64,000 nt of DNA from Guillardia theta CCMP2712 (taxonomy: Eukaryota; Protista; Cryptophyta), in contig NW_005434626.1 in the NCBI RefSeq assembly GCF_000315625.1, positions 135,448-199,447 of the forward strand, read 5' to 3'. Position 1 is the stretch's first letter; each line of letters opens with the position of its first letter. The notes under the pieces are model-generated. The model made no database searches and was not told where the DNA came from. It saw only the letters and a program-made list of their open reading frames with translations. Both the position numbers and the translations under genes were made by a program. Shown piece by piece: positions 24,481-42,070 of this stretch.

Positions 24481-24805
24481 ATGAGCATGGGTTGGTGAGC
24501 GAGCATGAAGTCGAAAGATTTCTTGTTCGTTGTTTCCTTTCCACCGTTGCTGACCATGCGGCAGGCATTCGACGCTTCATCACTCTGCCCTGCCCATAGC
24601 TATGCAACGACGCACAGGGAGGACACACTGGGAGTGCAACGTGTTGGAATACGAAGACGGAGCCAGTCATGCAGCCTCTTGGAACCTTGATGGTCTTGAC
24701 GCTCTTTCAGGTTTCTCGGATTGTAAATCTCCGGACCCCAGGAGCGTTCATCGCCAGCGACATCTAGTCTATCCTCAGCTGAATCCTGGTGATGAATGGC
24801 TGTGA
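24481..24805 (+). CDS. Possible small hypothetical protein
   Basis: ATG exon, a canonical-looking intron (gtgagc...ctgac...cag), then the 24602-24805 ORF. No recognisable motif. Confidence 0.25.
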
Positions 24806-25053
24806 AGACAAGATCTCTGACATCCTGTGCAGGAGGATTCTTCACTCATGGGCGAATGTATGACGGCGAAAGATCCAATGTAGGAGGAGGAGATGAGGAG
24901 GGGAGGGAGAGAAAGGGAGGAGAGGTTTGAAGTTTCTGGTCTCATATCGTCTTGGACAGGCGCTTCCTCTCGTGCGTGGAACTCTTGAACCGTGGACACA
25001 CAACACATCAGGGTGGAAGTTTGAGAACATGGAGTTCTGATGTCTCAGCACAA

Positions 25054-27350
25054 TCACGCAAAGGCATCAAAGAAGTCGTCTAGCGCTTCTTCCTCCCCAT
25101 CGAAGGATGTGCAGCTTGTGCAGGTGTCGTGATCCATCTGCATGCGATCAGGGCGAGTTTGAGGGGGAGGGGAGCGAGAACATGGACGAGGGTCAGGGAA
25201 GGACGGGGCGGAAGAAAGGACAATGGTCGAACCTTATGGGAAGTATCCGGAGAAGGTGGGAGAGGATGTGCTTGTATCCACTCTCGTGTATTTCTAGCAA
25301 ACAAGTCAAACGAGCGAGACATCATCGCGACTCCTCCTCTCACCTGCACCACCTGGCGTTGACCTCGCATCGTCTGCAGGTGCAAGTGAAGCCATGCATA
25401 TTGGCTATCGACCTTTTCCTCTCCGATGCTGCTCTAGAAGGGTCCACGTAGCTGATGCTCAGCTCCTCCCCCCGGGCGATCGACCTCTTGGCGACAACAT
25501 CTGCGAAATCCTCACGCTCATCAAGGGAGCATGGCGTGCTTGCCGATATTGGAGCAGGGGAAGGAGCAGACAACGTGGCAGTTGGGGTCACAGTCATGGT
25601 TGATCTTGCTCTGCAGACGAAACAAGCAAGCTGACTGAACCTGATTTGCCTGTCAATCCTTGTCCAGTCTGCTTCATCACTTGCCCCAAAGATTCCTTTC
25701 ATGATTTCGTCGATCTTGTTCGCCTTGTATTTTCACGTCACACTCTTTCTATACTTTCCTTGTTACCGGGATCATCTCCATACCCGCAACTTGCGCACAT
25801 GCCGACTGCACCTTGTGGAGAAGAGCAAGACGTCGCTTGTAGCGACTGAGACGAGGAAGCAACAGGAGAAGGATACCTCTCTCCTAACCTGGTTCCTAAG
25901 GTTGCGCATGTACAGCTCGAACTGAGAGATTTGACGCACACGCGTGCTGCCAGCACGTCACATTCGTCCTCTTCCTTATCCAATATCAGCTCACGCATTC
26001 GCACAGAGAATCGCAAAGATTGTCATGGTCTTCTTGCTCTCGAGCCAGCAGCATTCGTCCTGCCCCATACCGAGCGCCTTGAAGCTTTGTCATCCTCACC
26101 ACGAGCAAGATATCTTACCTTGTGCAGAGTTGAAGTGAAGTGCTCGTAGTCGACATCGGGCAGGACAGAATGAGGAGCCGCGACGGCATGAGCGAGAAGC
26201 TTGAGTGAGGTCAAGAGCGCGAGATAAGGCTCAGAGGTGGGCTCACATCATGATACGCGTCGTCAAGCTCCTTCTTAATGCAGCTTCCCGGGCTCTTCCT
26301 TTGCCCCCGTCTGGCTGTTTCAAGGATGGAGCTGACGATCTTGACGACAAGGCCTGGAAACTCCTCGAGGGCACCCACCTCTCCTTTTCCTTCCACCGAA
26401 CTCATCGAGCAAGAGTCAGGTCCACACGCGCGGATGAGAGCGACGAGATGGTCCCGACGCTCCTGGTCGTCGCATCGCGCGGGGCAGCAGACGGCATGAT
26501 ACAACTCGTGCGCTGCCTTCCTGCAAGCAGGGGAGCAGAACCCCACGAACCCGCACTCGCACGGGACAAGCGCCTTGTCCGGCCACAGCTCGTTCACCAA
26601 CGGAAGCTCAACATCCTCAGGCCAGGATGCAAGCGATCTGCATGGTTCGAACCATCAGTGATAGAAGAAGTAGAGCTTGGTAGACATGCATACAACAGGA
26701 AGACTTGAGCACATGACACGATTCATTTGCCGAACGCAGGCAAGCGAAATCATCTCATACTTGCAGCAATGATGGCAATGCTGTAATGTCGAAGTTGTGA
26801 AAGCGGCTATCGGGACTTCCGTAAAGATGATTTCATCCTTGTTGATCTACAACATTTCTTGAGACCACAAGCACACAACTCTGCTGAGACGCTCAACTGA
26901 CCTGTTGTGATGCCTCTAACCCGATTCCCTTGTTCTCGGTCTGTTTCAACTGACATGCGTAGCGTGAGCACATGTAAACTGATCCATCTTGGTTTCACCT
27001 TAGCTGGAGGAGGCTGAAATGCCTTGTACCAAGCAGCTCTGTCCATTCCTTTCATCTCTGCGCGGTCACAACCGTTCTCAGATCAAGCATCGTGAACATG
27101 GTATTTCTTCCTCATGTCAGGTTGCAGCAAAGCATCTGTTACTTCAGCTCAAGTTTTCATCTTCTTATGTGAATGCTAATGAACTCACAATGCTACGATT
27201 TCCCTCTTTTATCTCCCTCCATCAGATTTCCCTTGCTGTCTTCGTTCCTGCCACATCCCCTCCTCAACTCTCCTCCCACGCCTGTCACTCCTCTCCTCGT
27301 CTGGTTCCCCTCTCCTCTCCTTGCTTCATTCTCAAACTTGTCCTCCATTC
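25054..27350 (-). CDS. SMYD-like SET + MYND lysine methyltransferase, multi-exon
   Basis: MYND-like CECGFVGFCSPACRKAAHELYH, SET motifs INHDCDPN and GEELSISY, post-SET FTCTCRRC. Acidic tail ends TGA at 25054. The 5' end is approximate. Confidence 0.8.
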
Positions 27351-27515
27351 TCTCCCTTGCCGCAAACTTGCTGCATGACCTGCCCTCAGTTTGTAGATGA
27401 TGAGGGCGATGAGTCAAACTCATCCAGGGGTACCTTTCCCTGAAAAAATGAGGGTGGGGTACCGAAATACCCCGGTATGAGTGGGGACGAGGGGATCTGA
27501 GCACGTGCGGAAGCC

Positions 27516-28619
27516 ATGGCGCGATCGCGAGGAGCGGTGAAGAAGGCGAAGGCGCATGTAGTGACTCAGAAGCAGAAGAGAAACCCTCTCAAGCCCATCA
27601 GTAAGATTCTTCCAAAAGCTGTCAGGTGACTACACCATCGGTTCATCTCATCTTCACACGTGTATTTGTCTTCCCTGTTTCCAACACTCTCTGGACGATT
27701 CCCTCGGACATGTCTTTTATCTTAGTTGTTTCTGAAGCTTTGACTATGCGATGCAGTGTCTGGAAGGGCAAAGACACAGTCAGATCAAACTATGAGAAGA
27801 TGGGCTTGGCAGCGGAGCTGAACAGCGACGCATCGGTAAGTATTGCTTCAACACACTGGGAAAATTTTAGGGTGCTAAACAAGACACTTCGTCGTCAGAT
27901 TGCGACATGTCTCTCGACTCGTGAGGGGTTGATAAGAGGGAAAAAGTCATCATCGTTGTCACTCAGCAGTGGTCAAATTCAGGTACAGGAATGTGTTGAT
28001 GTGCTTCCTCTTTCATTCACGATCACGAATCAATAGATTGCAGAAGCTGGCCTTCCTTTGAAAGAAGAGCTTCCAGCAGACAGCAAGTACCGAGAGGAAA
28101 GAGACGCTATAGATGAGGCAAGATTGAATGATTGATCTGCTAGATCATGGTGGCGTACTTTGACTGAAAGCTGTTACAGGAGATGCGAGCCAGGGTTGAG
28201 AATGCTGCACCTTCTCGCCTATTCATGTTTGAAGGAGACCAGGTCCTAGCGCAGCAAGTGCTTTCTGCCTCGTTCACTGTTTGATGGACAGGAGTTCGTT
28301 GAAGCGCTTCAAAAGAAGTATGGAAACGATTACGAGAGGATGGCCAAGGACAGGAAGTTGAATCGATTTCAGGTGGATGAGCTGAATACTGTGCTTGCGT
28401 CATGCGGGTTGACTGCTTGTTCCTTGCAGCATACGCCAGGTCAGATCAGAAGAAAGGTCGAGAAATACCTCAAGGTGAAGGAAGCAGGCCTTGTCGAGGT
28501 GTGTGGGTTGTGCTTTAGAGACTTGAAACAGATTTACCATTGTACAGAAGCGAGGAATTGCCACAAAGCTGCCATGCCATACCTGGAATGCTGGAACAGG
28601 CAAGAAGAAAGAATTCTAA
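27516..28619 (+). CDS. NOP16: Ribosome biogenesis protein Nop16, multi-exon
   Basis: Basic N-terminus, WKGKDTVRSNYEKMGL and KKYGNDYERMAKDRKLNRFQHTPGQIRRKV match the Nop16 pattern. Confidence 0.85.
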
Positions 28620-29202
28620 CATGTAATCCATGCATCATCGATAACAATATCATTTGTAAATTACATTGGTGTACACTGTTCAATTCACGGAGGCTTTATG
28701 GTTTCAAGTTTGGCGTCACGCGGGCCGTGACGGTCACGGTTGGCGCGGGGCGCGGCCCGGTCCCGCCCTCAGGGGGGGGGGCTCTGGCAGCAACTAACGG
28801 CCCGGCCCGGACCGAAGTTCGGACTTCCGAGTCCGGGTACGGTACGGCGCGGCGTATCGACTCCCCGGGCCCCGCCGGGCCCGCCTGACGAGGAGTCATA
28901 ACCGGCCGAACAGCAAAGCCAGTCAACACTCATCTGTTGAGCCTCGGAGAAGCCTCTAAAGGGGTGGGGTGGTGGTATATCGGTCAAACCAGCCTGGGGT
29001 GGGGTACTCCCGTTGACATTCGAAGAACCGGTACTTTCGTAGGCTCCCACTGAGTGAGAATGTGGAGGAGGTGGGGGTGGGTCATGGCAGTTGAAGAGTT
29101 GAAACGATATGATTGAACGGGCCTTATCTCATCCCAAGAGGGGTGGGGGTACAGGGATTGTTCCATTTGGGGGTGGGGGTGAGGTGTAGTTGACTTTGGG
29201 CC

Positions 29203-29751
29203 ATGGGTGCAGCAGCATGCAAGTGTGAGGAGCGCGATGGGTCAAGAGAAGCGGAAGATGGCGGGAGACAGAGAGACAAGACGGTGATAGGTAAACACCC
29301 TCATGCACAACTGAGGCTTCCAGATGGACTGAAGAAAGTGAACATCCCGAACAGGAGGGCGTTTGTTCCAACTCATATCGCGCCCAGGGAGTTTCACACA
29401 GTTGGAGTTGATACCTCAGAGGCGTCTCATCGAGACATCAAGCACAGCTCGCCTGTCAAGCTCAAGAGCTCGAACCTTCTCCAAGAAACTTCTCCGAGAG
29501 AACGTTTGAACGCGATGATACGAGAAATGCAAGTTCATATGGAATGTCAACAGTCACGGATTGTTGACGGCGATCAAAATCAAATGAGAAAGTCCGGGGA
29601 CAGTTTACAAGTTAGGAACGTTCAACCCATTGATGAATTCTTGTATCCCAGGGTGGCAGAGCAGAACAATGCTCATAACAAGGAGATGATAGATCGGGTC
29701 CTTTGAGTTGTGCCGGGTAGCTCCGTTATTATTCTTTAGAAGGCGATGTGA
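29203..29751 (+). CDS. Hypothetical protein with MGxxxC N-terminus (possible myristoylation/palmitoylation)
   Basis: 167-aa ORF starting MGAAACKC directly after a GGGT-rich intergenic block. Confidence 0.4.
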
Positions 29752-30103
29752 GGAATCACTCGTTTACGAGTATTTTAAGTTATGATTAGAAGTGATGTGT
29801 TGGAAACAGGAAGAAATAAAATCTATGCTGTGTGTTGGAACCTTTTTGGAAGGAAAGAGAGGGGAAAGTCATGTTGTCCATCTGTTCAGATCTCGCGCAA
29901 GGAACGTAAAAGATGAAGTACTTCGCGAACTGCAGCATCAATGAGTGAAAACCTAACAGATCACAGCAGGTACATTCGGCGTGACTGGGAAGATGCTGCT
30001 GGGAGGGAGACTTCGCTTTTCGTTCCTCCAGCACTGAGGGCCAGACATACTGCGCCATCTGGTCATTCAGGTCAAGTGCCTCTCGTGATGCACCTTGACC
30101 AGC

Positions 30104-30791
30104 TCAGTGTTGACTCTCGTCCGGAAGGTGTCGCTCAGGCTGAACTTCTCTCTCATGCTGTCGTCCTTCCCAGCTATCTGCACCATCGCCTGCAAACGCC
30201 GTCACACCAGCCTCTTCTCCTCTTCCACCAACCGTATCGGAAGCAATGCGACCTGCTCGCTCCTCCTCCTCGGCTGCTCGAACGCGATCAAGACACCCTG
30301 CCGTCATGCTGTGAGGGGAGAGAGCAGCTCCCGCACTCGCGTGTCTAAAAGGAGCGAACCTCTGCCTCGCTGCTCATGCGCCACAGGATTCTCTTCGCAC
30401 CGTCGCTTCCTGAATGTCGCGAGTCACGGCGATCGCGACGGCATCAGCTACCTCTCTAGCTCCTCTGCCTGCTTGGCGAACAGAAGGGACCTGCATGGGG
30501 GATGAGATCGTCTGCGTCCTGGACTTGCTTTCACCTTGATCGCACAGCTTCCTCGAAGTTCTTGTTCACGCGCTGCTCCGTGAGCTGCCGCCTGCTGTCA
30601 AGTTAAGGCGCTTCTCAACCAGCTGCTTTCCCACAGCAACTCAATCTCGATAAACTTGCGCGCTAACATCTTGCGTCTCGCTGCCTCCCTGAGTTCAAAC
30701 TAGACCACGCTCAGTGAAGTAGCTTACGAAACAAGCTTGAACGTGGATAGATCACCTGTGTTTGATGGTAGATAGATTCCATCTTCGTCAT
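30104..30791 (-). CDS. Small multi-exon hypothetical coiled-coil protein
   Basis: Short exons (FELREAARRKMLARKFIEI, RQLTEQRVNKNFEEAVRS) separated by GT-AG introns. Ends uncertain. Confidence 0.35.
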
Positions 30792-31007
30792 TCTGGAGAA
30801 ACAAACATCACATGAAGGCGTTGCGGATGCAATCACACATGAGCTTCATCTAGATGAAGTCCATGACTCAAGTTGGAGATGACAGTCGAAGAACGTCCTT
30901 TCTTCCCTTCTCATTCCTGCCCTCCTCTGCTCTCCTTGATCACCGTTGCCCCCGTTCCTTGAATCTCTTCTGTTCCCCTTCCTCCCCCTCCTCCTCCTCC
31001 TCTTGTC

Positions 31008-31107
31008 NNNNNNNNNNNNNNNNNNNNNNNNNNNNNNNNNNNNNNNNNNNNNNNNNNNNNNNNNNNNNNNNNNNNNNNNNNNNNNNNNNNNNNNNNNNNN
31101 NNNNNNN
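31008..31107. other. Assembly gap (N run)
   Basis: 100 N. Confidence 0.99.
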
Positions 31108-31416
31108 CCCCCTCCCTCCTCCCGAACCTTGTCCACTCTCCCTTCATCCCCGCACCCGCGGGTCTCATTCTCCATCTGCCCTGACTTGCCATTTCCTCCT
31201 TGTGGAGTTTCGGGAAGCTGGAGCTGAAGAAAGGGAGGAGGGGCAAGGAGGAACAGCGATGGGCAGTTAAGCACTCAGTCGAGCATTCAGCAGAATCTCG
31301 TTCATTTGATGTTACATAGTTCACAGACCTCCGACGTGACGCAGGAGGGAAAAACTCAAAAAAATTATTTCGCTCGAGGATGATGAGAACAAACAGATTC
31401 TGAGGAGCCCGCAGGC

Positions 31417-34143
31417 TCACACGCTGTCCAAGAAGTCTCCCAGCAGCTCCTCCTCCTCTTTCGTCTTCTTCAGCCCTGCACACGGAGGCTCTCACGACGC
31501 GCAGGGGAGAGGCAGCTGACTTACCTCCCATGGTAGGAGGAAGCACAGAAACCCCCTTCTCCGTGACGTGAGGCTTGGGCTTTCGGATCCCCGATTTCTG
31601 ACACATGCTCATTTCAGGGAAGAAGACAGAAGAAACGAGGCCAAGAGAATGCGAGGGAGGAGGGAGGAGGGAGGAGGGAAGAAGGCTTACTTTTCCACTT
31701 TGCGTGAATTCTCGCCAGCTGTCGATGCGATTCAAGCGAGCTTCGTCCCAATCTTTTGCGACGTTCTGAAGTAGCAGAAGGATCAGCGGTCATGAATGGA
31801 GCAACAATAGCAGAAGGATCAGCGGTCATGAATGGAGCAACAATAGCAGAAGGATCAGCGGTCATGAATGGAGCAACAATAGCAGAAGGATCAGCGGTCA
31901 TGAATGGAAAAACAGCGTTTCACCTCTTGCACTTTTGTCTCCTGCTTGAGCTTGGCTAATGATTCCTTGTCTCGCTTCTCGTTGGCGATGAAAACTTTCT
32001 CTGCATGAGATCGTCGCTTCTCGAGCTGAAAGATTTTGTCAGAGGAATGTCTCAATGCAAACTCACGGACCTGGTTCAAGATGCGCAAAGCAGCCTCTCT
32101 CGTCCCGTCCACTAACATGTCCTCCTCCTCTTGGTTGAATTCATCTGCATCCGCAGTCTGCAGGAATCGTCATCATCTCCACCATCTACTAACTTATCAT
32201 CATTGACCAAACAATGAACTCCATCATACTGATCTCCATCGTCTCAATCCTCCTCCTCATCCTCATCCTCCTCCTCCTCCTCCTCCTCCTCCTCATCGTC
32301 ATCGTCATCACGCATGTTAAGGGACCTGAAAGGTATCATCCTCTGCTTCCGTGCGCGGTCGCTTCTTGACGCCACCGAAGAGAGCACTGCGAAGTTTGTT
32401 CACATCCGCAGTTCGCACTTTCTTGCGAGCAGCTGCTTCCTCCCGCTCCTGGCGCTTGCGCTTCTTGAGCTCTCGCTCGGCCTCCTGCCGAGCTGCATCC
32501 ATCACTTCGACATAGAATTTGCGTTTATCCGCATCCTCCAGCTCGGCCAGCGCTTTCTTGCAGGCTTCAAAGGCTTCCTCGGCACGGGGGTGCTTGCACT
32601 TGTCAGGGTGCACCATGAGCGACACCCTCCTGTAGCCCATCTTGATCTCCTCCACCGTCATGTCCACGCGGACTTGCAGCACCTCGAAAGGGTTCAGCTT
32701 GTACTTGAGGATTCGCTCAACTTGCTGCTTCCTCTCCAAGTCCGAGGTTTCGGAAAAGAATTCTGACAGGAGCTCGAGATCAGCCTCTGCCAGCGGCTCT
32801 TCCGGCGGCTCCTCCTTCTTCTCCTCTTTCACTTTCACGTCAGACTCATCAGTCGCCTTTCCTTGGTCCTTATCCTTCGCCGCGTCCCCTGCAGGCTCAG
32901 CTTTGGCTGACGGCATGATCTCCGCAAGCCCCTTGAGGAGTGTGCTGTTTTCAGGCTCGTAGCGGAGACCCTCCTGGTAGGCCTGGATCGCCTCGTTCCT
33001 TCGGTTCAGCCCCACCAGCGCAGCCGCTTTCCTTCCGTAGCCCTTGGCCCATCGAGGAGCAAGGTTGATACACTTCTGCGCGTCATTCAAAGCGCTTTGA
33101 AACTGACTGACAGACGAGTATGCAGCGCTTCTGTTGGAGAACAGCACGTGGTTGCTCTTGTCCAGCTCGATCGCGTCCGTGAAGAAAGAAACAGCATCCT
33201 CGAAGTTCCCGGAGCTGAACGCCTTGTTGCCCTTACTCTTGAGAGTTTCAATCTTGCTTGCCTTGGCCGTTGCAGCGCTCTGCTTCTGATCTTCCTCCGT
33301 CTTGCATGGGTCACTCACAGCTGCGCTTTGAGATTTCATCTCTCCGAACGGCTCGTATGATGCGTTCTTCTGCGCCTCGACATGTCGCTCTTTGAGGTCC
33401 TCGATCGCTTGCTTTGAAGCCTCTCTGCCGGGCTCGAGCTCAAGCATCCTCTGGTGCACTTCTATCGCCTCTTCGAACCGATTCAGTCCTTCCAACGCTG
33501 CTGCTTTCCTGCCATGCCCTTTGATCCAGTCAGGATTGTTCTTGACGCACTCATTGGCGTCGTCCAGAGCTTTCTTCCACTCCCTGCAAGAGCATGTGCT
33601 CACTCTCAGCACGAACATGGTCGCAGTACCTCAAACGCGCGTATGCAGCACTTCGGTTGCTCAACAGGACGTGGCAACCTGGACGTTTCTCCAACCCAAG
33701 TGTATAGAACCAGATGGCATCATCGACCTTATTGGCTAAGAGAATAAGCAGAAATCAGATGCAGAAGAGATACATGCAGAACATCTGGTCAAGTACAAAA
33801 GCTTGTTGACGAGCAACAGGACAATCGACATGCCAGAAAACAGAGACCATCTCCGTTCATACGAGATCAGAAAAGAGATAACATATTGATTCATATGATT
33901 TCGCATTCAGTGAGGTCAGAGTTGCATCGACACTCCACGACAGTGCGAGAGTGACAAAAGACCCAAGTGAAGTCGAATCATGCTCGTGTGCATGCGTATG
34001 CGCATGAGTGAGAGCATGGCGGACGAGAGGCAGGAAGAGCAAGCATCCTCACCTTGAAGCATCTTGTTCCCCAGCTCCTTGCAATCGTCTGCGCTGCTTC
34101 CCTTCACCCCCCCCGGCAGAAGAGCCTCCGCTACCGCCGCCAT
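31417..34143 (-). CDS. Hop-like TPR repeats fused to a DNAJC8/Spf31-like J-domain protein
   Basis: Two TPR clamps (KELGNK...WIKGHGRKAAAL; KSKGNKAFSSGNFEDAV...LFSNRSAAY...WAKGYGRKAAAL). Then LNPFEVLQ...YRRVSLMVHPDKCKHPRAEEAF and WDEARLNRIDSWREF, typical of DNAJC8. Confidence 0.85.
31772..31908. repeat. Intronic tandem repeat, 36-bp unit x about 3.8
   Basis: Unit tagcagaaggatcagcggtcatgaatggagcaacaa, perfect copies with no spacers, inside an intron of the TPR-J gene. Confidence 0.95.
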
Positions 34144-34510
34144 GGAATTGTCTGGACTCTTTTTGGGCCTCGTCCCCGCTAAGCCTCTGGCCTCTTCCCC
34201 CTCCTTGCCCTCTTTACTGTAACGGCTACGTTATATTTGGGGCAGAGAGGGGATGTGGGGGACCTCTAAGGAGATGGCGGGAAGATCATCAAATTAGGAC
34301 TAGGGAAAGGAGAACGAGAGCAGGAGGAGCAGGAGGAGCAGGAGCAGGAGCAGGAGCAGGAGGAGCAGGAGGAGCAGGAGGAGCAGGAGGAGCAGGAGGA
34401 GGAGCAGGAGGAGGAGCAGGAGCAAGAGAAGAGAAGAGTAGATAAATCAAGAATGAGGCAGTGTCGGATAGTGTTGGGCTGTGGAGTTGCTTTTAGTTAA
34501 GACATGCCGG

Positions 34511-38878
<4,368 letters not shown>

Positions 38879-38899
38879 GAAGGTCAAGCGATTTTCTCT

Positions 38900-41761
38900 G
38901 AGATCCGTTGGATGTAAACTAGCCTTCGCTCCTGCTGCGCCCTGTCAATCTCCTCCCATCGCCTCTCCTTGCGCGTTCGCTTTTCCTCCTTCATTCTCAG
39001 GTACCACCGCCTGCCAGTGCATGTCAGCGCTCCAGCTGGTCAAACTTCACTATCGTCCGACTGGATCTTGCGGAGGGACTTGTCTTGCAGGGTCGCATGC
39101 AGCCGATGTTTGATCTGCCGCCTCGTCAGCTCACCGGCCTGTCAGGAGCCTCCCGGACCCTCTCAAACATCTCCTCCTGCTCCTCCAGGTCCGGGCGGTT
39201 GAAGTACTCGGCAAGCCCATCTGCCCTCCAGGTGAACCGGCGGAGCTCCTGGTACCAGGCGCCGTCCTCGTCGTCCTTCCAAGCGAGGTAGAGGAAGCGA
39301 GTGTGCTGCCTGCTGGGCGACTTGCTTGACGGGGTTCTCACCACGATCTCTTGACCCCCTCCAGCTGGAATTCAGCACAGAGGAAGCAGAGCAGCAGCAA
39401 GCCAGCAGACTCACCGCAGAAGCCCTCGAAGCTCCAGCGCTCATGTTGGATGCAGTGTCTCATGTTGTACTCCCAGCTGGCGTCCTGCTGTCCCATCAGC
39501 GCCTCCTCGTCTCGTCGTCTCCCCGCACTCGCTCGCTCATCTCTATCAGCAGCATCCCAGCCTCCGTCAGCACCTGTCCCGGTTGTGAGGCCATGGCAAG
39601 CGGAGAAGAAGACAGCACCAGCAGGCATTCCTCCCAGTCCTCCGCCTTGTCCTTGTTGCCGCTTTCTGCGTGGAAAAGATCGGATGCCACTGGAGCAACT
39701 GGAGGAGGAGTGGGGGGAGGGGGAGGAGGATGAAGGGGAGGAGGAGGAGGAGGAGGAGGAGGAGGAGGAGGAGGAGGAGGAGGAGGAGGAGGAGGAACCT
39801 TTCAGCTTCCAGGCTTTCCCGCGACGTAAAGCAGGTTGATGAAGCATATCGTCCATCTGCAGTAACCTTGAGCTGAGAGCTGCTGGGGGAGAGCTGGGAG
39901 AGGAGCCTCACGCGGCGGGCTCGGAGGTTAATCGACTTGCGCTTGTCGCTCATCTCCTTCTTTTTGTTGGCGAGGACCTCGCTGACGTCAGAGTTGAGCC
40001 TGCGAGGAGCCGATGAGCCAAGCCAGGAGGGAAGCAGATACACGCACAAGATGATCTCTCCCGGTAGCTCCAGCAGGTTGAGAGATCTATCCGCATGCGC
40101 TTCCCGGGGAGGAGAGTCTCTGTCTTCGTCGAGCCTCTCTGCCCTGCTGACTTGCAACTCCTTCTTGACACTCCTCGCTCTGAAGCAGACGAGATCAGCT
40201 CAGTCACGCACAAGCATGTTGCTGCCTTCTCAGTGGAGATTTGCTTCCCTCCTTCACGCTCTTTGGCTGTTTCAACGGCAGCGACTTGGAGCCATCGAAG
40301 GGACGCGGCGGGAGATCGTTCGACCTGTTCCTGCAACCAGCACAACCTTCACAAGCCTCGCGATGACAGTAGGAGCGTCACGCTGCTCACGAACCAAGAG
40401 GGTTGGAGCTTGGAGACGTTCATGAGCTCGGGACGGAAGGTTCGAACAAGCAGGTTCTTGCGGATGGAGCTTGCTCGCAGCCGGTTATCTTGCTCCTTCA
40501 CCATGTTCATGTGCTGCATGTTATGCAGCAGCCTTTCGCTCCTTCTGTTGACCTTGTTGAATCTCTGACAAGCAAGTGAATCGCGATAGAGGAGAACAAG
40601 GTCTGACCGTTTGCACAGCTCCCAGCAAGACTGTCGCCTCGTCCTTGCTCAGATTCCCTCTCCTTCGCCTCATCAGGCACCAGCTGAAAGCTTTCAGCTC
40701 GTCGCCTACCTGTCAAGTCCCATGCTTATCCTATCCGACGTCTTGATCTCCGCTATGAACCTGCTCGGCCCTCATTGTCTTCTCTATCAAATCTCTTCGT
40801 ACTCTGAGAATTTCTCAGCTCTGGTCGCCTCCAGCTCGGAAATGTGCGAATCATGCGCTTGACTCGACGATCTTTGCTTGGCGGCATCTGAGACCATGTA
40901 AGCGGTTATGTCTGTTACTCCTCCTGCGGCGCAAAAGAAAATCGAAGAGGAGAACAAAGGTGTAAACAGACGCATACAAACATTCAGTCATCAGAATCGC
41001 CTCCACATGTCATCGAACAACATCACACAGCCTCTGAGCACCGGCTGCCTCCAAGTCCATCCAGGACTTCTCCTCCTTCGCCATCGACTTCTTTCCTGCT
41101 GGTCTAGGCGGCACCAGAGCTTCGCCTCCCTGCAGCTCCAGGGGATGACTGCTCGACATCAGCGGCGCGAGAGCAGCAGAAGAGAGTCCCGCACATCTTG
41201 ACGTCTCGTCTGACTTTGCATCCTCCGCTAGCAAGCAACTCAGTCGCGCCTCCTCACGCCGATCTGCTTGCCTCACCCCTTGTAACCCCGCGCCTCCAGG
41301 AACCTCCGCGTGCCCAGGTAGAAGCAACTTTGCCGGAGATCCTCCCGCTCATGCTCCCGGAGGAAGTTGAACCTGAGAGGAGGTCAGAGGCACGGGGAGC
41401 GGAGGAAAGCCTTCACGTCGGAGAATCTTGCGATGCCGCATACGAGAACCAAGTCGACTCTCTGCGATCTCTGTGCTCATAGTCGGGTTTCTGGTACCTC
41501 GCGGTCAGAGCTGGATGCTGCCGAGGAGAAGTGAAACTCTGGTCGTAGCTGCTCTGTAATCGCGCCCTAGCAGACAAGGGGATGGAAAGAGCTGAAGTCA
41601 TGCTTGTATCTCTTACAAGCTCAGACTATGTGCCAATCACCACAGACTGAGAGTTTCAACCAACTTTTGACTGCACATCCTTCGACTTGACCGTGAGTCA
41701 AGTCAAGTTGGATGTCTCTCATGCTCAGTGGGTACTGTGACGGCATGTCACCTGTTGCCAT
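38900..41761 (-). CDS. Multi-exon hypothetical protein with coiled coil and possible F-box-like motif
   Basis: Chained minus-strand exons, LLELPGEIILCVYL (F-box-like), and a Trp-rich C-terminal region (LAWKDDEDGAWYQELRRFTW). Boundaries are approximate and this could be two genes. Confidence 0.45.
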
Positions 41762-42070
41762 GTCTGAGTCCCATGTCACGAGTCGCTCGCTCTTGTCTTG
41801 TGCTTGTTCGGCTCTAACGGAAGGACAAAAAAGGATCCATAGGCCCGTAAAAGGTGGTTTTACTGTATTCAGGTAATTGAGAATAAATAAAATTCTTTCA
41901 GCTATCATCTTTCTTTTGGACCAATAGCCCCATAGCCTCCAGCTGTCCATAGGTTCTAGGGGTGGTGGGGTACTATGGTAGGGGTGATGTAGGCTCGAAT
42001 TGAGGTCGTTTTCAAGGGTAGGGCAATGAAAGTCTAGGGTCAGGGTTTTGGGGGTTCCTCGCAGCGCGGC

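Noticed and set aside
31772-31908. 36-bp repeats as a CRISPR array
   Set aside because: The units are directly adjacent with no spacers, lie in an intron, and no cas genes are present.
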